Below are positions 63,705 to 64,000 of a stretch of 64,000 bases of DNA, in pieces; the stretch's first letter is position 1; each line of letters starts with the position of its first letter. The translations under genes were made by a program, and so were the position numbers. The stretch spans positions 218,736,001-218,800,000 of the forward strand of contig OZ024741.1 in assembly GCA_964016885.1 (NCBI GenBank), written 5' to 3'. The DNA comes from Eledone cirrhosa (taxonomy: Eukaryota). A model generated the notes under the pieces. The model saw nothing but the letters and a program-made list of their open reading frames with translations, was not told the origin of the DNA and searched no databases.

Positions 63705-64000
63705 TTATTTTTACTTTTGGCACAAGGCCAGCAATTATGCCAGTGCATTACTGGTAGTTTATTTTATCGACCCCCGTAAGGATGAAAGGCAAAGTTAACC
63801 TCGGCGGGATTTGAACTCAGACCGTAAAGGGACTTAACTCTATGCTGGAAAGCATGACGTCCGACCCTCTACTGATATTGCCTATCGACTGCAATAATAA
63901 TTCTTTCTAGTTTAGGCACAAGGCCAGAAATTTGGAGGGGAGTGGGGAAATCTATTAAATCGACCCTGGTGCTTTATTTATGAACCCTGTAAGGATGAAA
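63705..64000 (-). mobile_element. SINE S1 full copy plus a second partial copy to the window edge
   Basis: Reverse complement of the S1 pattern. Confidence 0.8.

Overview
Repeat-saturated, AT-rich animal genomic DNA. The organism is probably a coleoid cephalopod such as Octopus; this is an inference from the (TA)n density, tRNA-headed SINEs and (GAT)n-tailed RTE LINEs. No host protein-coding gene can be identified with confidence, and nearly all long ORFs in the track are microsatellite artefacts. The real content is (1) many 5'-truncated RTE-clade LINE copies carrying a PHD finger inside the RT, (2) fragments of three Penelope-like (GIY-YIG) retroelements, (3) R4/Dong-like restriction-like-endonuclease LINE remnants, (4) tRNA-derived SINEs, piggyBac-like MITEs and Helitron-like elements, and (5) 97-, 43-, 26-, 60- and 51-bp tandem arrays. 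The most notable signal is a set of type I hammerhead-ribozyme motifs (CUGANGA...GAAA...UH): nine with a complete core and helices, plus degenerate remnants, and with compensatory stem changes between copies. Most lie in short fold-back (inverted) elements beside (TA)n tracts, arranged so that any read-through transcript makes the antisense arm before the ribozyme. One lies in a terminally redundant 424-bp unit resembling a non-LTR retrozyme or circular-RNA retrocopy. Penelope pseudo-LTRs also show a conserved NRF1-like, YY1-like, hammerhead order. All ribozyme calls come from manual pairing and need Infernal and cleavage tests.
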